Shown in pieces: positions 13,757 to 24,328 of a stretch of DNA of 36,386 bases (position 1 is its first letter; the number at the start of each line of letters is the position of its first letter). The position numbers were made by a program, and so were the translations under genes. The notes under the pieces are model-generated. The model was not told the DNA's origin and did no database searches. It saw only the letters and a program-made list of their open reading frames with translations. The stretch is from Octopus bimaculoides (taxonomy: Eukaryota): positions 19,447,718 to 19,484,103 of the forward strand of contig NC_068992.1 of the NCBI RefSeq assembly GCF_001194135.2, given 5' to 3'.

Positions 13757-14336
13757 GTAACAACAACAACAACAACAGCAGCAATGAAAATAAATAACAG
13801 CAAGAAAAAAGATGGCGACGACCAAGACGAGGACGACGACGACCACCACCACGAAGAAGAAGAAGAAGAAGAAGAAGAAGAAGAAGAAGAAGAAGAAGAA
13901 GAAGAAGAAGAAGAAGAAGAACAAGAACAAGAACAAGAACAAGAACAAGAAGAACAAGAACAAGAACAAGAAGAACAAGAACAAGAACAAGAAGAACAAG
14001 AACAAGAACAAGAACAAGAACAAGAAGAAGGAGGAGAAGGAGAAGAAGAAGAAGGAGGAGAAGGAGAAGAAGAAGAAGAAGAAGAAGAACAAGAACAAGA
14101 ACAAGAAGAACAAGAACAAGAACAAGAAGAACAAGAACAAGAAGGAGGAGGAGGAAGAGAAGAAGAAGACGAAGAAGAAGAAGAAGAAGAAGAAGAAGAA
14201 GAAGAAGAAAAAAGAAGAAGAAGAAGAACAAGAAGAACAAGAACAAGAACAAGAAGAATAAGAAGAACAAGAAGAAGTAGAAGAAGTAGAAGGAGAAGTA
14301 GGAGGAGAATAATAATAAGAAGAAGAAAAGAAGAAA
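13757..14336. repeat. Compound trinucleotide/hexanucleotide microsatellite (AAC, GAC, CAC, GAA, GAACAA, GGA, AGT/AAT)
   Basis: Directly visible; source of the poly-E, poly-K, poly-F and poly-L pseudo-ORFs. Confidence 0.97.
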
Positions 14337-14395
14337 CTATCTTATGTACCCATTTAGGATAAATTCAGGCGATTCATACATGCATGCATAATATG

Positions 14396-14497
14396 TATTT
14401 CTTTATTGACCCCAGGGGGCTAAACATAGAGGAGACAAACAAGGACAGACAACGGAATTAAGTCGATAACATCGACCCCAGTGCGTAACTGGTACTT
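14396..14497 (-). mobile_element. SINE family A, 3' fragment with alternative tail
   Basis: Reverse complement of aagtaccagttacgcactggggtcgatgttatcgac plus tail ttgtctgtccttgtttgtctcctctatgtttagcccc; the same tail occurs at about 15270-15335. Confidence 0.85.
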
Positions 14498-14790
14498 GCA
14501 TGTATAATATTAAATGTTAATAGTGGAGATTAACGATAAAGGTAATGTCGGACAAATATTATTTAAAAAAAAAACTTTTCTGGTAGCTTAGATCATTATA
14601 CAATTATACTAAGAGGACATTTTCAAAATATCACTAAAAATAAAAGTGTATAATAAATATATAATTCCAGACGACAACAATGGGAAAACATGTTTTATTG
14701 AAGTATATGCGGAACAAAAATAATATTCAAACTTGTTCGCTTATAATTGGTTGAAGCACTCAATGTCACTTGGCGCTGGCCACCATTCAT

Positions 14791-14961
14791 ATTCTTTTAT
14801 ACCCTAGGCACAAGGCCCGAAATTTTGAGGGAGCCAGTCGATTAGATCGACCCAGTACGAAACTGGTACTTAATTTATCGACACCGAAAAAATGAAAGGC
14901 AAAGTCGACCTCGGCAGAATTTGAACTCAGAACGTAACGACAGACGAAATACCGCTAAGCA
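14791..14961 (-). mobile_element. SINE family A, young-type copy, head missing
   Basis: Reverse complement of core and tail (gcctagggtataaaagaat). Confidence 0.9.
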
Positions 14962-15194
14962 GTTTGTCCCTGATGCCCTCAAAATTGTCCATCAATATCC
15001 GTATGGGAGAAGACAAGACGTCTTCTGGTTCTTCCCGTTATAGCAAATACCAGATATCTTTTGTTTGAATTCCAGCATTTTCTTTTACTTTTTGTGTGTG
15101 TACTTCGTTTGCAAGTTTCCTGGAGTAAACTAGTGTCTTCATACATATATTTTGTTGTTTCGTGAGAGTTATGCCTATAATAAATACACGCCGT

Positions 15195-15534
15195 AAGGCA
15201 GTGACCTGGAAGACACGTTAGCACCCCGGTGCGTAAATGGTACTTAATTTATCGACCCCAATGTAATCGACTTAATACCTTTGTCTGTCCTTGTTTGCCC
15301 CCTCTATGTTTAGCTCCTTGTGGGCAATAAAGAGACAAGAAACGTTAGCACGCCTAGCGAAATGTTTTGCGGTATTTCGTCAGTTTTACGTTCTGAGTTC
15401 AAATTCCAACGAGGTTGACTTTGCCTTTCATCCTTTCGGGGTCGATAAATTAAGTACCAGTAGCATACTGAGGTCGATCAAATTGACTGACCCCCTCCCC
15501 CAATACTTTGGGCCTTTTGCCTAGAGTAGAAAAC
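15195..15534 (+). mobile_element. Dimeric SINE family A copy with internal inversion/deletion (array unit 1)
   Basis: Head 15195-15229, inverted 30-mer 15230-15259, alternative tail, then a second near-complete monomer from about 15338. Identical 16-bp flanks. Confidence 0.85.
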
Positions 15535-15550
15535 AATAAATACACGCCGT

Positions 15551-15753
15551 AATGCGGTCGGCTGGCAGAAACTTTAACTCGCCGGGTAAAATGCTTAGTC
15601 AGTCTTTACGTTCTGAGTTCAAATTGCGCCGAGGTCGACTTTGCCTTTCATCCTTTCGGAGTCGATAAATTCAGCATCAGTTGCGAACTGGGGTCTATCT
15701 AATCGATTGGCCCCTTCCCCAAAATTTCGGGCCTTGTACCAGGAGTATAAAAG
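15551..15753 (+). mobile_element. SINE family A monomer (array unit 2)
   Basis: Head aatgcggtcggctggcagaa, core, young-type tail gccttgtaccaggagtataaaag. Confidence 0.9.
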
Positions 15754-15769
15754 AATAAATACACACCGT

Positions 15770-15921
15770 TTTAAGGTTCAGAGTTCAATTTCCACTGAGG
15801 TTTGACTTTGCCATTCGACATTTTTGGATCGATAAAATAAAGAAGTATCGAGCATTGGGGGTCAATATTATCGACTTAATCATCCTCCGACCATACCGGC
15901 CTTGTTCTAAAATCTAAAATC
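15770..15921 (+). mobile_element. SINE family A, old degenerate copy (array unit 3)
   Basis: gttcagagttcaatttccactgaggtttgactttgcc..., old-type tail cttgttctaaaatctaaaatc. Confidence 0.75.
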
Positions 15922-16099
15922 AATAAATACAGGCCATGGTTCTATTTCATTTCTTGATTTTAATTAGTGAACTTGTTAAAGATTGAACCTATAAACCCAC
16001 TGATTGTTTGATTAATCGTACAGTTAGAATTGTCAATGTCCTTTCTTCACTGTTCTTGACCTTAACAATAATATGACCTCTCTACTCTAGGTTTACTTA

Positions 16100-16670
16100 A
16101 CATATCTTCGCACTCCGAGCTGAACAACGCCTTTGGTATGGAATTTACAAGGCGCTACATATCTTTCGAAAGATGCTATTCATGCCATCTTTGTGGTGCT
16201 TGCTCTTTCTGTTTGTCTGACTTAACTAGGGCCCGCTCTTCATTTTGTGGGCTTTCATTTTGCCCCGTATGCTTTCTCTGCATTAACTGTTTCGAGAACA
16301 GTTTTAGTAACCATTCACTTAAGAGATGTTACTTCCTTCAATATCTACAACTATAAACCGCATTGCTCTTGAACTTGGGATCACAACTATAAACCGTATT
16401 GCTCTTGAACTTGGGATCTGCGGCTGTAAATAATTTTTCTACAGATCCTTCACTATCTTGATTGAAAAGGCTTTTTGACCTCTTAGTTAAATTCCAGCCC
16501 TGAAGGCTGTTCAGCGTTTCCATGGTTCCAGGGCCTCGACTGGAAATGCTTCGAAAAAAACATAACTTACGCGACTTTTCTCGATGGTTATGCACTTAGT
16601 CCTTTTCAGCTTGCATTTTTGTTTGTTTCTGCACCTGTTAAAGAAAACCTTCCAGCGCCCAAGTTGTTCC
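16100..16670 (-). mobile_element. Heavily decayed non-LTR retrotransposon fragment (RT C-terminal region, R2-group/R4-like)
   Basis: Minus-strand frames give GTTWALEGFL*QVQKQTKMQAEKD*VHNHREKSRKLCFFRSISSRGPGTMETL and SEWLLK...QRWHE. These echo the W.LEEL...R.TRK....H......RLY..R..GGRG and EWLLK...W motifs seen more clearly at 31255-31715. Multiple stops. Confidence 0.4.
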
Positions 16671-17359
16671 TAGAAACAATGCTACACACCATTTGTCCAC
16701 ACCTTTCTCCATTCTCCATGTACTGGAGAACAATGAGATTCATCATCTGTTCAGTACCCTAGTTGCGACGGTTCTCTTTTCTGATACCACATAAGGGGAA
16801 CAATTGCACATTGAAGCTCCGAGCACTGGTATTCTGGTTATCTCCACAACAACGGCAGCAGCGGCGGCATCCTTAAAAGACGAAAAGTAACAACCTTGAG
16901 TGATAACCGATCCAATCAATCGATACATCTGAATATATATACATTGTGAAGACGTGAGTTGATGAATACAACTGATATTTGTCGAAATTATTTGATCTCC
17001 ACATTGTAGCACACTAAGCTGATTTGCAACGTCTTAGAACAATTATCAATTTATACGGAATAATATGGAATTCAGTGAGGGTGATTATGTATATCAAGAG
17101 CCGAGATGTGGGAAAATACTTTGGGAATTATAAAAAGACTCATGGTATGGTTTTACGTGGGAAATATAGCGAGATGGAAAAATTCGATTCACTGAGATTA
17201 TCAACGCAGTTATATGAAAGCATTTCCTCTAGTTTTGTTTATTTTTATTAAATTAAATGTAGCTACTAAGATTGCTTGTTCAAACTCTAAAAATATGAGT
17301 CAATCAAAATTATATGAAAACAAATGTTTTGCAAATGAAAATGTATCTCATTCTTTGAA

Positions 17360-17534
17360 ACAAAGAATCATTGCCGCGTCGGACAAAATGCCTGCTGATA
17401 TCTCTTCCGGTTCCTTACATTCTGAGTTCAAATACCGCTGTGGATGTTGCTTACATTCTATCAATGAAATGAATACCATTTAACCACTAATATTTTCCTT
17501 CTAGAATTCTGGCCTTGTGTCAACAATTCAAAAC
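17360..17534 (+). mobile_element. SINE family A, very degenerate
   Basis: aaatgcc...ttctgagttcaaataccgctg...ttctggccttgtg. Confidence 0.55.
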
Positions 17535-17637
17535 GTGTTTAAAGCCAAATGTTGACGGAAACTGCCATGTTGATATTTTGTTGGAGGTGCTCTGCGAAAC
17601 ATCGTTGGCAAGGCGTAAACGCGATCATGGAATATAG

Positions 17638-18314
17638 GGATCTTTTTTAAAACGGGGGCCACATTTTTCATTAACGAAACACTTTGAAACTTGGAACACT
17701 GGTAGAATGGGTCATATAAAACATCTTTTTCTCTTAGTCTTCTTTAAAAAAAAAGAAATCCATAAATTATTCCATGTTAAAGTTGTCGTATTTCTGTAAT
17801 TTCAACCAATCACTGACGTCCATTCAGCCGATATACATTAAGTGCCGACTACATAAACAAACGATTCTGAAACAATTAANNNNNNNNNNNNNNNNNNNNN
17901 NNNNNNNNNNNNNNNNNNNNNNNNNNNNNNNNNNNNNNNNNNNNNNNNNNNNNNNNNNNNNNNNNNNNNNNNNNNNNNNNNNNNCTCTAACCCTAACCCT
18001 AACCCTAGGGTTACGGTTAGGGTTAGGGTTAGGGTTAGGGTTAAAGCAAATTTAAAATGAAAAAAGCAAATAAAACGAAGAATCGTTTGTTTATGTAGTC
18101 GGCACTTAATGTATATCGACTGAATGGTCGTCAGTGATTGGTTGAAATTATCGAAATAAGACAATTTTTTACATGAAATAAATTCGAATACAAAAATATT
18201 TTTCTGTTCTATAACACAAAATAGATAAGTATACGAAGTTTGAAAGTCTTTCGGTACCAAAAACACTACGTAAAACATTAATGAAAAATGTGGCCCCCGT
18301 TTTAAAAAAGATCC
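17638..18314. mobile_element. Non-autonomous DNA transposon (MITE/foldback) with telomeric-repeat core
   Basis: Perfect 37-bp TIRs ggatcttttttaaaacgggggccacatttttcattaa (17638-17674, 18278-18314). 8-bp TSD gaatatag (17630-17637, 18315-18322). Internal 72-bp inverted repeat with 2 mismatches (17797-17868, 18079-18150). Confidence 0.92.
17985..18043. repeat. Interstitial telomere-type repeats, (CCCTAA)n-CCCTAGGG-(TTAGGG)n
   Basis: Directly visible next to an N gap; centre of symmetry at 18006/18007. Confidence 0.95.
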
Positions 18315-20304
18315 GAATATAGTAATGCTTCAGATAAATGTCGTATATGCGACTGAGAAAAAAAAATCAGAGGCAACATCTGCGTACTCGGAAACAGACA
18401 TACTTATAGTCTCAGACATGCAATATAAGAGCTAAAATTGTTCGATTAATTGACAATACTGATATAACTTATCATATGGGAAATAATAAAAAAACACTAC
18501 TAAATAGCGTAATTATCTGTACGACTATATCTAGCTGTTACTCTTCATTACATGTCATTCTTAATTGCGCAAACCGCTGATTCAAAGAATTTCAAATAAT
18601 AAAAATGAACCATCGACCTTATTTGAAGAATGTGTACGACTACAGTTCTACTCTATTATTCCCTTTCCTAAACCTGTTGGAATAATCTGAGGGATATTTG
18701 ACTGCTAGTTGAAGCCAGTCAAGTGATCAGGTAAAATACCCTCGTTGGTAATACTATTATTTAGGTACTGAATAATAAGTTGATGATAAATATGCATAAC
18801 TATATGATATTTAATCTACAAACAGATCGAGACTCCCAAACGTTGAATCTAAAGAACACAAGCACACATATACATACACACACGCATGTACATACACACC
18901 ATATTCACNNNNNNNNNNNNNNNNNNNNNNNNNNNNNNNNNNNNNNNNNNNNNNNNNNNNNNNNNNNNNNNNNNNNNNNNNNNNNNNNNNNNNNNNNNNN
19001 NNNNNNNNNNNNNNNNNNNNNNNNNNNNNNNNNNNNNNNNNNNNNNNNNNNNNNNNNNNNNNNNNNNNNNNNNNNNNNNNNNNNNNNNNNNNNNNNNNNN
19101 NNNNNNNNNNNNNNNNNNNNNNNNNNNNNNNNNNNNNNNNNNNNNNNNNNNNNNNNNNNNNNNNNNNNNNNNNNNNNNNNNNNNNNNNNNNNNNNNNNNN
19201 NNNNNNNNNNNNNNNNNNNNNNNNNNNNNNNNNNNNNNNNNNNNNNNNNNNNNNNNNNNNNNNNNNNNNNNNNNNNNNNNNNNNNNNNNNNNNNNNNNNN
19301 NNNNNNNNNNNNNNNNNNNNNNNNNNNNNNNNNNNNNNNNNNNNNNNNNNNNNNNNNNNNNNNNNNNNNNNNNATATATACAGGAATATATAATTTTATA
19401 TATATATATATATCATTTTCTTTCATTTTATATTTGATAATGAATGGCGAAAAGCAATTTCGAAGGAATAAAATACTAGATATCTTATCAGAATGACTTG
19501 CACGGAGACCTTGTTATCTTTTGCTGTGGCAAACATTACGCGTCAGATTTCAGATTAAAACGCATGGTTATCACTGGAGGGCTTAATTAGAAATATATCA
19601 AATTGGCTTTAGCTACGACCTGTGAATACAATACGCAATAGTATATACGTGGTAACATATTGATAAGTCCCTTTGATTTGAGATTGTTGCTACTTAAGTA
19701 CATTTATAATACACAGACGTCTTTGTTTAAAAAGCAATGTTATCACAAATGCTTGGTACTCGTTATAAGTTTCTTTCCGGTTTTGTTTCAATTGCACCAC
19801 AAGTAGTGTTCCAACGACGATCACTTTAGCAACGAATTTTATATCAAACGTTGAACGGTTAAAGAAAGAAAATATAAGATAAACAAACTAATGCAAATCA
19901 TATTGAAATGTTATTTATTCAAAGTTTCATAGGAGACAATAGTTTTAAGGCAACCATAAGTAGATATAAGAGTAATAACAATTGTAATACCAATAGCAAC
20001 AATTACAAAGTAGAAGTTAATAAAAAAAAAAAAGAAATGAAATATTCACAATGAAATGCAGTTACAGAGTATGGCTGCCATTATTATTCTCACGATCGGC
20101 TCTTTTTCCTATTTCGTTGATCATTTTATTTGCTGTCTTTAGAAACTTATGTCGAACATCGTACACTAGAACTACGTTACAGAAATGAACAGAGGTTGTG
20201 AGGTAGCATGGCCATGGCTTTTGAGCTGAACTACAGGAACGAATAACGGAACAGAACTGATATTTAGTTAATATATGTTGTTTTGCTTACATACCCGTAA
20301 GCTA

Positions 20305-20385
20305 GCGGGGTCAATTCGTTCGACTAAAAGCCGTGCTCTAGCATGGTCGCAGCCGGATGACTAAAACAAGTACCACAAAAAGAAA
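20305..20385 (+). mobile_element. SINE family C, 3' fragment
   Basis: cgttcgactaaaagccgtgctctagcatggtcgcagccggatgactaaaacaagta. Confidence 0.65.
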
Positions 20386-22726
20386 ACTCTTTAAATGTGA
20401 TCCATAAAAGAATAGAGGTTTCGAATGTAGCAATAACCATTGATCTTGGGCCTTGAGCCAATATGATAATGCTTAGAAAGAGCTCTCTTGGTGTATAAAG
20501 AACATAAAGAGCAAGTGACTTAGATATGTGAACTGTGAAATTATTGATGCTAAGTACGTGAAGCAAGCGATCTTTGGGAGCCCCAAAATCAGGAACAGCT
20601 GTTGTCTTGTTTAAAGGGAAAACTTTCTATAATCGTTTTTAAACAAGCTCCGTTTTGTCTGCGTAAATACTTCTTGTGGTGTTTACTGCGAATAATATTT
20701 TTCAGTAGAGCTAGACACATAGTTTTCGTGCTTCTTATCTCACACCTGTGTAGTGGATATTATGTAAAGTAATTATTAAATCGCACAAATCAGTCAGGAA
20801 CTGAAGCAATATTTTAACTCTCAGCATCAGGATTCTGTGCTTTCTTCAAATTAATATAAGACTTTCGTTTCTATTACAAATAGCTAGTAAAAAGACGTAT
20901 TCTTCTGCATAAATTCTATCCTTGCGTTTAAAAGCCTTTACATGTATTGGATTATGTGGACTTAATTTTCTACTAAGTTTGTGTCCGCTTAAGTCATTGA
21001 ACTTTGGATAGAAAATGTAACTGCTTTGGTATTAGCAGGACGTTTTCGTACAGTTATTGCTGGCAGAAAACATAAAACCTCTCCCAATTCCTATACATTG
21101 TAAGCTATCAAAGACGAATCTCAGCTACACTTTTATCTTTTCCTTTTTTTCACCTTCTTGCAAACAAAGAATAAATATTGGCTAAGCAAAATTACCGATA
21201 TTAGCTAAATGCCAGTTCTGTTCCTTTATTCATTCATGTAGTTCAGCTCAATAAATAAATAAATAAATAAACAAATAGGGCACCTCCTGCTACCTTTCAG
21301 TCCAAAAGCAAACAATAACAAACACAATATGACACAGAAATTGTTCTGGTACCAGATAATTTATCAGACTTCTTGAGAACCGACGGATGTTTTTACACTA
21401 GCTCCTTATGAATCTAGTAGCCTTCTAGCGGTGCGTCTCTCGGGAGCTTTGTTTCCGTGACGTTCGTATCAAGCATCAATTTCAATATGGCAGTTGCAGC
21501 GGACATTTTCTCCTTTCTACATTATTTCAAATATTCCTCCGAAATATGATTTTCAGTCAATATCTTGTCTAAAGACTCATAGTAAGTTGAATTGCTAGCG
21601 AGAAACAATTATCTGTGCATAAGACGCCGAATAAAGAAATGTTATTAACGAGAATAATCATTGGCTTAATAAAGATCCAACAGGCATGACTTTACATGCG
21701 TATTAATTTGTATCTAATAAATACAATTTCTTTCTGTAAATTTCATTGTATATTATATAATATTTAAAGTTTACGTATTATCATATTAGCGTTACATCGC
21801 TATAAAGTAAACAGTAGACACATAACAAAAGATACTTAGTAACGACTGTGAATTAAATAATTTAGATAAACAGTATCTTTGTCCATTAATATTTATCTGT
21901 TTATATTTGTTAATATACTTTGGGAAATATCTGAAAATCAATTTATCACATAACTGATATCGGTATTTACTACTTTGATTACTCAGACAAAAACCAAACT
22001 TCATAAATCTGCCTCATATCTCGTACCAAGATGCTCAGGGACAGATTATCCAATTCTTGTAGCATGCGTTGGATGTTTTCATCTGTTTGCTTGCTTTCTT
22101 CTTTTTACTGGCTTAGCGCTTATGATATAACCTCACGTTTTCTGAAACTTTATTTCACATTTATTAGTGTCGTTGTGAGCGATGCTGGAGAACTTGATCA
22201 GCAAAGTTCGTGTCAACGCCTACAACTAGATTAAACTTCCAACGAGAGTTTATAGGAACTCCACTACACGTAACTGCAGGGTACCTACCTTTTATCTCTT
22301 TATCAAGACACTTAAATAGAGACCTAACATCTAAATCAGACTCGTAGTCTCTGGCATGGAAGGGTTGTTTATAAAACCACGTGGCTTCTTTTTCAAAATC
22401 ATGAGACCCTCAATATTTCTATTTTCCAGGATACCTCAACAAGTCGAACGAAGTCATCCAGCGAAGCCATACACTGACTCGAACCTTATACCCTTAAACG
22501 CTACAGATTCATCTGCAATCTACTGTTCTTGTATTTCTTACCAAGATCACAAAATCCTTTACATGAAATCACGTTAAGATCGAGCTCTTCATTCCTTTTT
22601 CTATATCTGAAGTCATAAATAAATGCATATAATAACATTCTGCAAAAGAAATAAAGATATGTATGTTACGCCATAATTTCCGTTTAAGCTCATAAATCAT
22701 TATTTGGTGTTCTCACAACATTCATA

Positions 22727-22763
<37 letters not shown>
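22727..22763. repeat. (GAC)n microsatellite
   Basis: Directly visible. Confidence 0.95.
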
Positions 22764-22764
<1 letters not shown>

Positions 22765-23999
22765 CGACAACCGCGACGATGTCAACGGCAACAAATTCTA
22801 TAATAAAAGAAACAGCAGGATATATTGTTTTATTAAGTTATACCCCATTTGTCTGTAACTATCACTGCAATGGACTAATGCTGTAATTTATTGCATATCA
22901 GCCTGGTCTTCTGTAAGTCATTTCAATTTGGAAATGTCAAAACCAGTTGTATGTCGAAAGATTCGTGACTTGAGTGGAAGGCCTGTTACTATCCGCATAT
23001 TGTCATACGAGTGTTCCTTGTCATAATCGTGAATGTCTGTTCAATTGTGATGAATATTTTTTTGTACACTAGAACGTAATTTATATATGTGCCTGTATGT
23101 ATGCAAGTATATGCATTTATATATATATATATATATATATATNNNNNNNNNNNNNNNNNNNNNNNNNNNNNNNNNNNNNNNNNNNNNNNNNNNNNNNNNN
23201 NNNNNNNNNNNNNNNNNNNNNNNNNNNNNNNNNNNNNNNNNNNNNNNNNNNNNNNNNNNNNNNNNNNNNNNNNNNNNNNNNNNNNNNNNNNNNNNNNNNN
23301 NNNNNNNNNNNNNNNNNNNNNNNNNNNNNNNNNNNNNNNNNNNNNNNNNNNNNNNNNNNNNNNNNGAGAGAGAGAGAGAGAGAGAGAGTGAGGGAGGGAG
23401 AGAGGGAGGGAGAGATAGGTTTATAAATGGGGAGAGACACACATACACACACAAACAGAGACAAAGCTAAATAAATGCATAAATTAATGACCAAACGTGT
23501 ATATCTGCGACGCACGTATAAATATGTATGTTTGCGATAAGATATCAAGGCAACAGGTATTAGCGCTCAATATATGTAATGCAAAGTTTATCTTATATCT
23601 CAAGTGGTTAATGTGAGCAATCAGTCAGTCAGTCAGTCTTTTTATTGTTTTGTTTTCTTAATATATAACCTTTTTCAAGCAACGAAATGACACATAAAGA
23701 AATTCTCGGTTTACACATTTGTGTAGACAAAGCTTGAAATACATCGAAATATCCACTTTTCACCCTTCGTTCACTAGCTTTTCCTAGTTGAAAATGGTTG
23801 GTATATATAGCAGCGTAGAGTTAGTTAGTTGAGTATTTTAAGTATCATTAGATTAAATTATCTTTAAAAAAACATTAAAACACGACCATATATAACGTAG
23901 ACATTTTTACATTTCATACCCAAACTATTGTGTTTATTATATTCAATATGCGTAATATGTCTAATTACTTTATCCGCATAATTACTTATATATATATAT

Positions 24000-24294
24000 A
24001 TATGATTTTCAGTCAATATCCTGTCTAAAGTATCGCCATTTTAGATCGCTACCACCACACACATTTTTTTCTCTCCTTGTTTCTTTATGTGTTCCTTTCT
24101 GTGGAAGAGCGTAGGCTCGAAACGTTAAAGACTTTTTCAATTCCCCAGCGTTACACTAACATATCTGTTTGTTTTCTACACCACATGTTTTCGTCTTCTG
24201 TTTTTTTTTTGTGAATTCTCCCTATATATATATATATATGATTTTCAGTCAATATCCTGTCTAAAGTATCGCCATTTTAGATCGCTACCACCAC
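24000..24294 (+). mobile_element. Penelope-like (PLE)-type short repeat in partial tandem (236-bp period)
   Basis: 24000-24058 is repeated identically at 24236-24294. The unit contains a hammerhead-like motif and ends in (TA)n. A related truncated copy lies at 34889-34975. Confidence 0.6.
24095..24130 (+). ncRNA. Degenerate minimal type I hammerhead ribozyme-like motif
   Basis: cttt-CTGTGGA-a-GAGC(gtag)GCTC-GAA-ACGT-T-aaag: stem I cttt/aaag, stem II GAGC/GCTC, palindromic ACGT stem III. Core is CUGUGGA rather than CUGANGA. Confidence 0.5.
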
Positions 24295-24328
24295 NNNNNN
24301 NNNNATGTTTGTATGTGTTTATATATAC

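Noticed and set aside
13721-14362. 213-aa poly-Glu ORF and overlapping poly-K/F/L ORFs
   Set aside because: All are translations of a compound microsatellite; several frames on both strands are open because the motifs lack stops.
15179-15937. CRISPR array
   Set aside because: Eukaryotic context, no cas genes, and the spacers are 150-340 bp SINEs; the repeats are target-site duplications. The resemblance is architectural only.
16571-16634. Minus-strand exon CRNKQKCKLKRTKCITIEKSR with strong AG and GTAAGT sites
   Set aside because: Another frame of the same DNA fits the decayed LINE motif, and no partner exon was found. Not excluded as an exonised fragment.
17985-18043. True telomere or chromosome-fusion scar
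   Set aside because: The orientation is (CCCTAA)n-(TTAGGG)n, opposite to an end-to-end fusion, and it is enclosed by TIRs and a TSD.
20140-20260. Apparent peptide repeat ELRYRNEQR / ELNYRNE*R
   Set aside because: The second copy overlaps a SINE-tail-like segment (agcatggcc...ttgagctgaa) and contains stops.
22020-22580. Candidate exon after ttttccag at 22429, and minus-strand ENIQRMLQELDNLS (RT-like)
   Set aside because: Frames are ambiguous, there is no donor, and no YADD/FADD motif lies upstream; insufficient support.
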